Source: Blepharisma stoltei ATCC 30299
Lineage: Eukaryota > Protista > Ciliophora
Reading direction: 5' to 3'
Length of the DNA stretch: 64,000 bases
Assembly (NCBI GenBank): GCA_965603825.1
Contig: CBFDEM010000025.1
Location: 248,001 to 312,000, forward strand
The notes below the pieces were generated by a model. That model saw only the letters and a list, made by a program, of their open reading frames with translations. It did no database searches and was not told where the DNA came from. The position numbers and the translations under genes were made by a program. Below, in pieces: positions 34,403 to 46,109 of this stretch (positions are counted from its first letter, which is position 1; the number at the start of each line of letters is the position of its first letter).

Positions 34403-34600
34403 TTAAATGAGTTTTCATATTAAAATTATAAGAAATATTAATAAAACTCATATCATCATTGTATTGTCTGGAGATATGTGGGTTCTGGGAGTTCTGGGAG
34501 TTCTGGGAGATCTGGGAGATCTGGGAGTTCTGGGAGTTCTAGGAGTTCTAGGAATTCTGGGAGTTCTGGGAGTTCTGGGTGTTCTGGAAGTTCCGATCAT
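34403..34600 (-). CDS. 65-aa tail-anchored microprotein with (T/S)PR repeats
   Basis: MIGTSRTPRTPRTPRIPRTPRTPRTPRSPRSPRTPRTPRTHISPDNTMMIWVLLIFLIILIWKLI*. Confidence 0.55.
34481..34590. repeat. 9-bp tandem minisatellite (GTTCTGGGA), about 12 copies
   Basis: Directly visible, with variants GATCTGGGA and GTTCTAGGA. Confidence 0.95.
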
Positions 34601-34767
34601 CTTGGATATTTCAATGGTTTCTATTTATAATAATTAAAAATATTTGTGTTATAATCCTTACCTAATTTTAACTATATATGATCTAGAGAGTGCACAAATA
34701 GCAGATTTGTATTATGAGGTGAATCGATTGATTGGACAGTAATTTTTGCATGCTGATTTGACTATCA

Positions 34768-35539
34768 AATTCTCCAAATAATAATAATAAATTACGGTTT
34801 AACGCTCACTTATTGAGCCAAATTCTTCTCTAAATTTATTCGGATTTTCTATTTCACTTCAGCATTTCTTTTTCATAGCTTGTTCAAGCCTTCAGCTATA
34901 TAAAACTATCTCTGTCAATTTTAGCGATGAGATCATCCTTTAATACTCCCTTCAAAAATTCAGTGATCTTTATCCTGCTTTCTTCATATGCATTACATTC
35001 TTCAATTACATATGCTTCGTCTTCCACCGGTTTTCCGCAGAATTTGAATCAGGACTGTCGATAATGTGCCTAGTATATCTACATTGATTGGTAAAGTTTG
35101 AGCCTGCCCTTAATCCAAAAATTATGCTGGCTGCTCTATTCATTTCTGGAGTCCCCCGCAAATATAGCGGTAGTCCATCCTTTTGTTCGCTTCCTATCAG
35201 AGTCCTGTATAATCCGGTTGTTTTCATGTTTCAGTTGACATTCTTTCTATTTTTTTTGCATCAGATCTCATTTTCATCTTACTTCAATGATCATTGATAC
35301 TATTGTCAGGCAGCCCGTATTTTTCTTGCACATTTCCGCATCTCATTTCCCATGTAATAATCATTGTTTATTAATTTGTAGTAAATCCTGGATGATCGCA
35401 TTCCCTTTGGTCTGTAATCTACATCTGAACGCTAGCAATCTGTTGTCCAGCTCCGTTTCAATGCTAACTAAGTCTGCGTCATTTAATACAGTCTCTTTGC
35501 ATGCATTCCTGGGCTCTCCAAGCCAATTCTCCAAATAAT
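34768..35539 (-). mobile_element. 5'-truncated, degenerate non-LTR (LINE-like) retrotransposon with 15-bp TSD
   Basis: AATTCTCCAAATAAT at 34768-34782 and 35525-35539; frameshifted remnants of a LINE ORF2 C-terminus; short (TTA)n 3' tail. Confidence 0.8.
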
Positions 35540-36178
35540 TCTAACAAATTATACGCTATGTGAATATAATTTATTTAGTTTAATTAATTGATGATCAATG
35601 AAATGAATGATATTTTTTAAGCTAATGCAATAGGCTAAATAACTAAATATTAATTGAACCATAAATTTCTAATTTTCTGCTTACTAATCTTAGTGCTTTA
35701 TTGTGATTCAAAATAGACTAGCTGTTGTTTCTATTAATCACTCTACATATAATAAAAAAATTTCCTTTCTATATATATTATTTTTAATATTACTCATATG
35801 ATAATTTGCTTAAAAAATTTAAAAAGCTAAGGTGCATTTGCTTTTGCTCGCTCTATTATAAATTCTCAGAGAGTTAATTTTGTCTTTTTTTTAACTAGCA
35901 AATATGGCTCAATGCTATAGAAGACTAATATTTTTAGGGATAGAACAATACAATTTTCTTCAAATTTTATTTAATATAATAATTTTTTGATAAATGCTTA
36001 ATTCTTTTTCTATTGTTGATCTCAAATTATATCGAAGTCTAAGTAGGCTTAGACGTCTTATTCGAAATCACATTGAGGAGCTAAAATTTAATTGCTAAGA
36101 ATAGTCTAACTTTAATATCAGTCATAAAATTGTGAATTTTATTACTTCTTATGTCTCATTATTTAGAAATAAATACTA

Positions 36179-38167
36179 ATGGATATCTCTCTCACTTTAG
36201 AGCACTTGAACCAATATCACCAAAAAGTTATTGAAAGAAATGAAATCAAGCACTTTCGAGAAGATATTGTAGCGCTCATTAGAACCTCATCAAAAAAAGG
36301 TCTTTTCAAAGGAATCACAAATCCTTCAGATTATATTCAAAATCTCCGGACACAAAAACTAAACAGTATTTTACCAAAAAACCAGCTTCACGATAAAATA
36401 GATATTTATGAGGAGTTTATTAAACACCCAGATCTCAATTTGAATATAAATATTCCCTCTACCTTAATTCGCCTTTCTCAATCGCCAGTACCTTTTTTGA
36501 TCCAAACATTAAAAAATGGTAAAATTGTTTCAAGAGCCTGCCCAGAGGCCGAGTTTTTTAATTTATCCAAAGAGGAAAATAATATGTTTTGCTATAAAGT
36601 AAAAAATAAAGAAACTGTTGTTTTACTTTCAAGCGAACTAGCAAAAAGCATATGGGATTCATCAAAAGAGCCTGCATCTATACAACAATTTATTGAAAGT
36701 CGAACTAACCCGCCTTCAATTACTAGAGTCATTTGGAAAGAAGGCTCGAAAAATAAATATTTTTCTATCATCAATAAGAAAAAAGTTCAAAAAACTCAAA
36801 AAAGCGACAAGAAAATCCCAAAAAATAAAAAAGGACTTATTAAGCCACGAGCTATATCAGAAATTTCTCACTTTGAGTACTCAAAATCAATGCTGACGAC
36901 TTCTAAATCTGTAAATAACCCTTTTAAGCTTAAGCTTAATTTGAAGTTCCCAAAGCTTGATTTAAACCAATCTCATTCCAATCCAAACCAATCAGAAATT
37001 TCTGGAATTAAACAGAACGGGATTTGGAATGATTTCGAGAAAATTCTGGAAAGTGATAGAGCCAAAAATTTTTTGGTAAACTCAAAAAATCCTGATAAAT
37101 GCACATCAATAGAAGCAAAAGGAAATTTCAACGATATTGATAAAATGGTATCCCAAATTGTTGGGTTTTTGAATGAAAATGTTTTCAAGGAAATTAAAAT
37201 ATCAGCAATTGTCCTTGATTTTATCCAAGATAAGAGCAAGAAATGGATTTTATTGAAATGCAGAGAATGCACATTTGATAGGCATTTTGAATTAAATTTT
37301 CATAGAGAAAGAAGTCAAAGAAAGCTGAAAAGGAGGCTGTCTAATAGCTCAATCAAAAGATATGATTCTTTTCAAGAAGAAATGGTTGTTAGACAAGAAA
37401 GTGTGGAAATCCATACAACTCCTCTTGATTTAGAAGAATCGAAACAGGATGAAATTCAAGTTTTATATAAGAAAAAGCCAAAACCTATTCAGCTAGATGA
37501 AGTTTCTGAAAGAGATTTATTTGAAAGATATGCCAAAGTTTCAGAAAAAGTAGACAAAATTGCAAGCCAAAAAATAAATTTCACTCCAATACCTCCAAAA
37601 GAGCCTTCTACTCCTCAGTGCTTTTCTATGAATCCTTTAATATCTAAATCAAAATACCCATTCCCAAAAAGAAATGCTTCAGATAGCCAAAACAAATCAA
37701 AATTTCAAGAATCAGTTTATCATTATACCCAGCAGCATATGAATGAAGTTGTATATAGTTTTGATGAAATTAAAATAAGCGGCCAGTTATCGAAAATCCC
37801 TAAAGAGAATTTGATAAAAAAATACGGCGGAGACGAATTTTGGAAAGAATTTATACTTTCTCTTTATAATAAAGTTCTTGCAAGCGATATCCTCAATAAA
37901 TACTTTAAAAATTCCAAGCTAGAGAATTTCACAATGATAGTAAATGGGATGTTTACCATTTTCAACAGCCAAGTGAGCCCAGAATTTCGAAGAAAAGTAA
38001 GAACCTCTCATCAAAATATGGGGCTAATTGAAAAGGAATTTGACTGTTATGCAAACATTTTTGAACACACACTTACAGAGTTTGAGGTAGAGGAAAATGA
38101 TAAGCATATAATTATGAGCCAAATCAAGTCAATGAAATATTTGATTTGCAAGCAAGGGTATTATTAG
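36179..38167 (+). CDS. 662-aa protein with C-terminal group I truncated (2/2) globin domain
   Basis: LIKKYGG..LYNKVLAS..LNKYF..HQNMGL..EFD..TL pattern of trHbN. Confidence 0.85.
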   Translation: MDISLTLEHLNQYHQKVIERNEIKHFREDIVALIRTSSKKGLFKGITNPSDYIQNLRTQKLNSILPKNQLHDKIDIYEEFIKHPDLNLNINIPSTLIRLSQSPVPFLIQTLKNGKIVSRACPEAEFFNLSKEENNMFCYKVKNKETVVLLSSELAKSIWDSSKEPASIQQFIESRTNPPSITRVIWKEGSKNKYFSIINKKKVQKTQKSDKKIPKNKKGLIKPRAISEISHFEYSKSMLTTSKSVNNPFKLKLNLKFPKLDLNQSHSNPNQSEISGIKQNGIWNDFEKILESDRAKNFLVNSKNPDKCTSIEAKGNFNDIDKMVSQIVGFLNENVFKEIKISAIVLDFIQDKSKKWILLKCRECTFDRHFELNFHRERSQRKLKRRLSNSSIKRYDSFQEEMVVRQESVEIHTTPLDLEESKQDEIQVLYKKKPKPIQLDEVSERDLFERYAKVSEKVDKIASQKINFTPIPPKEPSTPQCFSMNPLISKSKYPFPKRNASDSQNKSKFQESVYHYTQQHMNEVVYSFDEIKISGQLSKIPKENLIKKYGGDEFWKEFILSLYNKVLASDILNKYFKNSKLENFTMIVNGMFTIFNSQVSPEFRRKVRTSHQNMGLIEKEFDCYANIFEHTLTEFEVEENDKHIIMSQIKSMKYLICKQGYY

Positions 38168-38437
38168 GTTTTCACTGTGATAAATATTGAGTAAATTATT
38201 AATAGACAATTCATAAAATATGGATTTTATATATAAATTAAGTAAAATTGTAAATGTTATTAATTCGGTTACTTGCAGCGCAGCTATTGAAACATAATTA
38301 AAAAATTATTTTTACTTTACATTTAAGAATCATAAATATTTAGAGATATCAGAAAATTTATCTTAATTTTTATTTCCCTAGTGTTTGTTGCATTAAAACG
38401 CTTCAAATCATGTTTCTTGTTTAACCTAATATTCAAT

Positions 38438-39367
38438 ATGGGATGCTGCCATTCTCAACTTGAGCCTATTAGGCCAAGTCTCCCCAGCTTCCCTGGCTCC
38501 CTTACTTCTACTTTCAGTCGCCAACGTTTCAGCTCAATTTCCCAGTCCAACTCTCCTCAGCTTTTCAGCAATAATTTTCTCTACCTCTTCGATTGCAAAG
38601 ACAATAAAACTCGGTTGACTCTTTATGACACAGTTCTCCGCGACATGGGACAAAGATTCATCCAGACTCCAGAGCCTCTTGACAAATATACCTCAACCGC
38701 ACAGTTACCGAACTCAGAAATATTTTGCTTTGGAAACCACGATCCCTCTTCTGGATTTGCCTGTATCATTGACATGAAGCAGCTAAAAGTCAAAAAAACA
38801 TTGCCGCCTGGGGCTCCGTGCAACTCAGTAGCCGCAGTTTATTATAAAAATTCTGTCTATATATTCGGAGGATTTGACGGAAGCAAGTCCACAACGCTTG
38901 CTAACAGATTCGATTTGTCGCTAAATAAATGGAATAAATTGGCGCCACTCCCAATGGAGTCGTTTAATTGCTCATGTATTGAATTTAATGAGTGCATTTT
39001 GGTGTCAGGGTATTATCATACCAAGGTGTATAAATATGATTTAACGCAAAATAATTATTCGGAATTAAGTGAGGCGGTGGTTGATGGAGATAACCATAAG
39101 ATTTTGGCTGTGGCGAACTCTAGGGCTTATATAGTTGAAAATTATGGGTTTATTTTGGAGAGTGATGAAATGAATGAGATGGTGTGGAGGAAAATAGGAA
39201 AATCAACACTCACGAGTTTTGCACAGCATTACTGGATATGGAATGATGGGTCTCTTTTTATTGGGCTCATCCACTGGTATGCTAGCGATTATTTTTATGA
39301 TTTTTATCAATTTGAGTTGAGAGAGAAAAAATTTGAGAGAATTGGTGAATATGAAATTAAGGTGTAA
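38438..39367 (+). CDS. Kelch-repeat beta-propeller protein, predicted N-acylated (MGCC)
   Basis: VYIFGGFDG..RFDLSLNKWNKLAPLP; ATG at 38438. Confidence 0.88.
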   Translation: MGCCHSQLEPIRPSLPSFPGSLTSTFSRQRFSSISQSNSPQLFSNNFLYLFDCKDNKTRLTLYDTVLRDMGQRFIQTPEPLDKYTSTAQLPNSEIFCFGNHDPSSGFACIIDMKQLKVKKTLPPGAPCNSVAAVYYKNSVYIFGGFDGSKSTTLANRFDLSLNKWNKLAPLPMESFNCSCIEFNECILVSGYYHTKVYKYDLTQNNYSELSEAVVDGDNHKILAVANSRAYIVENYGFILESDEMNEMVWRKIGKSTLTSFAQHYWIWNDGSLFIGLIHWYASDYFYDFYQFELREKKFERIGEYEIKV

Positions 39368-39521
39368 ATAGGAGTAGAAGTGCATCAAAAAAATTAAATT
39401 TAATAACGATTTAATTTACAAAACATTATTGGGCCACAAGAGATTTATTTAGGAATGAAGAGAAATAATTTATTTTGAATTTTTTTCTTTAATTTAATCT
39501 ATTATCTTAAGCTTTATCATC

Positions 39522-40094
39522 TTACTTTTGAGAAGCAATTTTTCTAGCTTCATCATAGCTTAGCTTTGTCTCTGTAGGTCCATCATAGCGTTCTTCATCT
39601 CCATAGAAATTCCTTGTAGCAGCAAACACATCTTGTCTATTAACTTCTGGCTCTTGCCCCTCATCTCTTTCGTAATAGTTAGAAAGTGACCTTCCCATGT
39701 CGTCTAAGTTTCCTGAAGGCTTTACACCATAAAATTTGGATAAAGTTTCTGAAGGGATTTCGTTGATTGGATCTTCAGGTGGCAAAGGATATTCTTTAGG
39801 GTGTAAAAATGGGACGTAAATTCTGAGCTGGTTTACGTAGTTTTCTTGGGTAATTGATTTGAATTTATCTTCGACTGGGATATCTCTTCCTTTGTTATAG
39901 GTCCCAAGCGCAGACATTTCGGTTATTTTTCCATAGGTTTTGCCGAAGAGATTTTCAGATTTGACTCCTGGGATGAAGCCCATGTAATTGGGAAGCTGAG
40001 GTCTTCGAGGCTGAGGCTGAGGGGGCTCCTCAATTTGCTGATTTTTTGGAATGTGACCTGTGTAACCAGGAAGATGGCCATGTCGTTCTAACAT
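39522..40094 (-). CDS. FAM166/CIMIP2-like ciliary microtubule inner protein
   Basis: LPGYTGHIP and LPNYMGFIPGVKSENLFGKTYGKIT repeats. Confidence 0.8.
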   Translation of the reverse strand: MLERHGHLPGYTGHIPKNQQIEEPPQPQPRRPQLPNYMGFIPGVKSENLFGKTYGKITEMSALGTYNKGRDIPVEDKFKSITQENYVNQLRIYVPFLHPKEYPLPPEDPINEIPSETLSKFYGVKPSGNLDDMGRSLSNYYERDEGQEPEVNRQDVFAATRNFYGDEERYDGPTETKLSYDEARKIASQK

Positions 40095-40273
40095 ATTGAA
40101 TTTTTATTATTTCATAATTTCAAGAGACATTTAAGGACACTTCAATTTAATTCCTAAAATTTATGTTAAATTCGCAATTGCATATGATGCAAAGATCAAT
40201 AATTTTTTATTATGAGACGATTATTTAAGAGATTATAAGCTTTTTTCAAAAATCTATTAAATTTAATTGTAGA

Positions 40274-40666
40274 ATGGAAACTTCAACTAGAGCTACTTGG
40301 GACATGGATCCATCAACAAATACAGAGCCTAATCTTCCTCTTGCTGAAAATAGACTTACCCGGCACGAGGGTCTATCAACAAATACAGCACCTAATCTTC
40401 CTCGTGCTGGAAATGCAAATCAATTTATTGATCAAATAGTTGAAGATAACAGTTCTAGAGAGAATTCAATTTCGGTGACTCAGTTTTGTCTTGATTCATC
40501 AGAATCAATCTCAACTCACACTATTATTGAGAAAGCTAATAATCTAATGCCAGATATAAGCACTGAAACATATACCTTCCCAAGTGGCGAAATAATGGAC
40601 TTCATAACTTACCAATCTTACCTTGTGACGTGTGAAGCGATTGGAGTTGATCCATTTACAAGATAA
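40274..40666 (+). CDS. Hypothetical acidic protein with internal duplication
   Basis: 130-aa ORF; STNTEPNLPLAEN and STNTAPNLPRAGN. Confidence 0.65.
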   Translation: METSTRATWDMDPSTNTEPNLPLAENRLTRHEGLSTNTAPNLPRAGNANQFIDQIVEDNSSRENSISVTQFCLDSSESISTHTIIEKANNLMPDISTETYTFPSGEIMDFITYQSYLVTCEAIGVDPFTR

Positions 40667-40741
40667 GTCGCCCGGCTAACTAACGAAAAAAAGTTTTTAA
40701 TTTATTCTCTATTGCCTTTTAAAAATCTAATTTCCATTATA

Positions 40742-41332
40742 ATGATTTCTTTGATTTATTTTATCTTATCGTGCACCTCTTTAGCTCAAATAACTGACCT
40801 TAAAAGAAATGAGCTTGATCTCGCTAAAGAGCTAAAAGAGGTTTCTCAGCTTATTAAAGCTCTAAAATCCTCCACCCAAAATTCTTATATCTTATCACTA
40901 CAAACTGAGCTCAACTCTCTTAAAGATGAAATGGCAAAAATCGGATCATCATTGGAGTCTCTGGAAAAGTCATCAATAGATGCTACACAAGATCATCAAG
41001 TTTTGGACTTTAGCAAAGTAGATGATGGCATTAAAACAATAGAAAAGCTAAATGAAAATATCGCTGTATTGGAAGCAAGAATGATAATTTTGGATGATAG
41101 AAATATCACCCAGAAAATGGATGATTCTATGGAACTTGTAGATAATTATGATAGAGAAATAAGAAGCACCACTTATAGAGTGAAAGAACAGCTTGAGGAG
41201 ATGGAAGCAATAATAAAAAAGGATAAAAGGCACTATTGGATTTATGGTTTCGTTGGAGCAATGACTTTAGCTGTTTTAATTAGCTGGTGCATTGTAAAAG
41301 AAGCAGAGCACCCAGAACAAAAAACAGAATAA
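40742..41332 (+). CDS. Signal peptide plus coiled coil plus C-terminal TM protein
   Basis: ATG at 40742; heptad pattern; YWIYGFVGAMTLAVLISWCIV helix. Confidence 0.8.
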   Translation: MISLIYFILSCTSLAQITDLKRNELDLAKELKEVSQLIKALKSSTQNSYILSLQTELNSLKDEMAKIGSSLESLEKSSIDATQDHQVLDFSKVDDGIKTIEKLNENIAVLEARMIILDDRNITQKMDDSMELVDNYDREIRSTTYRVKEQLEEMEAIIKKDKRHYWIYGFVGAMTLAVLISWCIVKEAEHPEQKTE

Positions 41333-41652
41333 TTTAATATAATTTATATAAGATCAATTTTTTGTTCCTTTTGATAAATTTATAAATGGAGTCTTCTATA
41401 ACAGAAATGGAAAAAAGAATATAAATCAGCTTTTTTGTTTCGCGCCAAGTGATTTTACCTGAATTTTGATAAATATCTCTTTAAAATCTTACATATTAAT
41501 ATTGGAATATTTTTAGCTGGCTAAAGCTAGTGTTTGTGGGAGTTGAAATTAATGGAGGTTCATAAGAGCTTTTCTCTAGAAACAGTTTCGAACAAATAAA
41601 AATTTTTTATTAACTCTTTTGGATTAAACTAAAATAATTTTTTTAAAAATAA

Positions 41653-42201
41653 TTATACTTTTAAAGAACTAAATTGAAATGCCTCCTCCATTGCTTTTCT
41701 TGCAAATTTCTGAGCAAGGTCTCTTATGAATTGATTTAAATCAAACTCGAATTTTCGAATGCTACTGAGAGAAACTCCATAATCCTTAGCAATATTCTCG
41801 ATGTCCGGCAAACTATAAATATTTAATCTCAAATGGACAGTACAGTTCAGCAGTCAGTGAAAAATAGACAAATTCATACATTTAACCATCTTTCTTAGAA
41901 TGTCCAGATAATGAAAGCTATGAGAACTAGTTAAGCTTTTGATTATCCAGGCTGATACTGCTATGCAATTCTTAAGTTTCATCGATTGAATGCCTTGCAA
42001 ACGTTTTAAAACTAGACCAAGAAAAAAAAGGTCTGAAGTTGAAAGATGAAATTTTTTAGCCATGTTGACTAAAAGCTCGTAAATAAGCTTGGCTTTATGG
42101 AATCTCGTGCAAATACGGTTGATTACTTGCATGTGAATTATTGAAAAAGCCTGCTCATACTTAAAAGTGATCATTCGCTGTGTGCTAATTCTTCTAACCA
42201 T
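41653..42201 (-). CDS. Hypothetical helical protein (182 aa)
   Basis: Track ORF extends through TGA at 41854 to TAA at 41653. Confidence 0.65.
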
Positions 42202-42747
42202 TAGTTTATTTATAATTTATAGCATTTATTTTTATTTAAGATAAGAGTACCTAATAGATTTTGTTTGATAAAGAAACTTGTTTAATATAATTATAAAATA
42301 TTAGTAAAAATGAAAGTTAGTTTTGAATATATTCGCCTAGGAAAAGAAGATTTTATATTCCAGCCATTTTTAGCTCTAATTAGTTTATAATATTTCTGAT
42401 AATAATAAACTGATTTAGCTGATAGCTTAGTAAGACAGCTTTTCTGAAAAAATTTGAGCCGAATTTAAATTATCAATTACTCATATTCTGTGCTCACGAA
42501 CTTTTATTTAAATAAAGAATGATAGATGCCTAACTAATTTCGAAATGCACTGCTTTCCTTATTTTTGCTTTTCTTATTAGTCGTAAATAATCATATTTTT
42601 CCAAAAAGAATAAGAATGAACTTTTAAACAGCAATTTAGGTTAAATCAAGATTATATTGGATCCATACAGAAAAATATATTATCTAAGTGAATTTGAAAT
42701 AATTTAATACATATGAATATTATTTGCTATTTATTATTTGTGAGGCA

Positions 42748-43856
42748 TTAGGGTTTAAATATTCCTGATATCCCACTTAAAACGGAATCAATAAAACTTT
42801 TTTTCTCAACTTGCCACCAATCGAAGACTTTTTTGCTTGCACTAATTTCACTGCAGTTAATTTTGCGACTTTTTCCATATTCCCAAATGTTTCCATCCCA
42901 TTTTTTAAGTAAATATTTATACTCAATCGAATGAAGGTCTTCCTTTCTTATTGAAATATAATTGCTTCACAAGCCTCCATCGTTCCACTTTAACTTAAAT
43001 GCTCTATTTGGATCCCAGTTGCCAAGTTTGTCATGATTCCCTGAAACACAAATAGTTTCTCCATGTCTTGTTCAGTAGTGAAGATTGAACTCAATATTAC
43101 AATTTTCTAGTCTGCTTTGCAGGATATTATTTCATTCTTCATTATCTTGCCATATAAATCAGTCATCCTTTTTAACTACATATTTATAATGGAGCACTGA
43201 ATGATCAATGTCATTAAATGAGGCTATCCCTTTTCAAATATTCCCATCTGTCCAACCTAAGTGAAAGCCCCTTTTTGGGTCCCAATTTCCAAGCTTTTCA
43301 TTATTTCCTACAACTAAAACAATTTCTCCATATTTTGTAGGAAATTCTATTTGAAAATAGGCATTAGTTTCTATTCTTTCATTTTTATTAAATTTTGGGG
43401 CTCTATCTTCATTTTTATCGAAATTTGATGTTCCATCTTTGCTATCAATTCACCTGGGGTTTTGATGTACGGGGCTAATTTTGGATTCTTCACACTTTAA
43501 TTCTTCACTTTTACAATCAGCAGTGACTTCTGAAACTCGCTCATCACTTTTTTGAGCTGATTCAATTTTGCTAAGAACGTTTAACCAGTTGTCTTTTATT
43601 ATTTCGGCTGCCTTTATCCTCTCTGCACAATCTGTCCCTGAAGCTTTAATTGCCCTTAATTCATCAACTCTTTTACTAAAAATTAATTTTGCATCCATTT
43701 GATTCTCGAGAGATAAAATATTGATACTATGAGCAGTTTTGAGTTCAATTGGAAATGAGCATCAAGATCCTCGTAACATAGTACAATCTCTCCTTCACTG
43801 CAATTGCATGAAGCACGTGCAGGCTTAGAGCAGCATAGAATATAGCAAGTCGCCAT
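42748..43856 (-). CDS. Cys/His N-terminal domain plus coiled coil plus two CBM20 starch-binding domains; 1-nt frameshift near 43738
   Basis: TKYGEIVLVVGNNEKLGNWDP..W..YKYVV and TRHGETICVSGNHDKLGNWDP..EYKY..WE; the N-terminus is in a different frame. Confidence 0.8.
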
Positions 43857-44368
43857 TTTAATATTATAAAAGTTGGTTGGATATTTATTAAATATTGATT
43901 TCAACACTTCCTTTATAAGACTGATCTTTCATGCTATGAAATACACTCGAATAGCATCAGAAAAGCCTTACTCGGAACCCACATACACTAATACAGAAAA
44001 TGTGTTTTCACGCTATATATATTTAATGTAATCACTTAGCTTGTGTTTCGATTCGTATACATAAAGATCTAGATTTTTTTCTTGGCCAATCGAGAAATTA
44101 AAATAAGCTTATAACTATTAAATAAAATATATCCAATCAACCTCACTTACCATTATTACAAATAATGAGTTTATTGCATTTTTTATTATTATTTTTTTAG
44201 ATCTCCAAGTTTAGCTATCAATCAATCCCTCTATAAAATAGGCCGCTTCCCTTTTGCATAAAAAGAAATTTATTATATTTTTACACTCAGATAGCTCTAG
44301 ATATCTATCTATTCTTGAAATAAAACAGAAATGAAAGATTTAATTCTTTATTTAGGTAAACTCTTAAC

Positions 44369-45964
<1,596 letters not shown>

Positions 45965-46109
45965 TTAAAATTTAAATAGAGATGGGAAAAAGAAAGAATT
46001 GAAAATGGAGAAGGGTTGATGCAATTTTATGTAAAGGGAATGAGTAATTTATTAAATAAATTGTTAAAGTTAAATAAAAAATAATCATATATGAGTAATC
46101 AGCAGTTGC

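Noticed and set aside
34481-34590. CRISPR array or telomeric repeat
   Set aside because: Contiguous 9-mers without spacers; not a ciliate telomere motif; eukaryotic context
34407-34637. Plus-strand GVL-repeat ORF (collagen-like Gly-X-Y appearance)
   Set aside because: Antisense reading of the minisatellite; the minus-strand TPR frame has ATG, a TM tail and fits better
35006-35538. Short ORFs 35006-35227, 35088-35297 and 35287-35538 as host genes
   Set aside because: They are fragments or antisense shadows of the decayed retroelement
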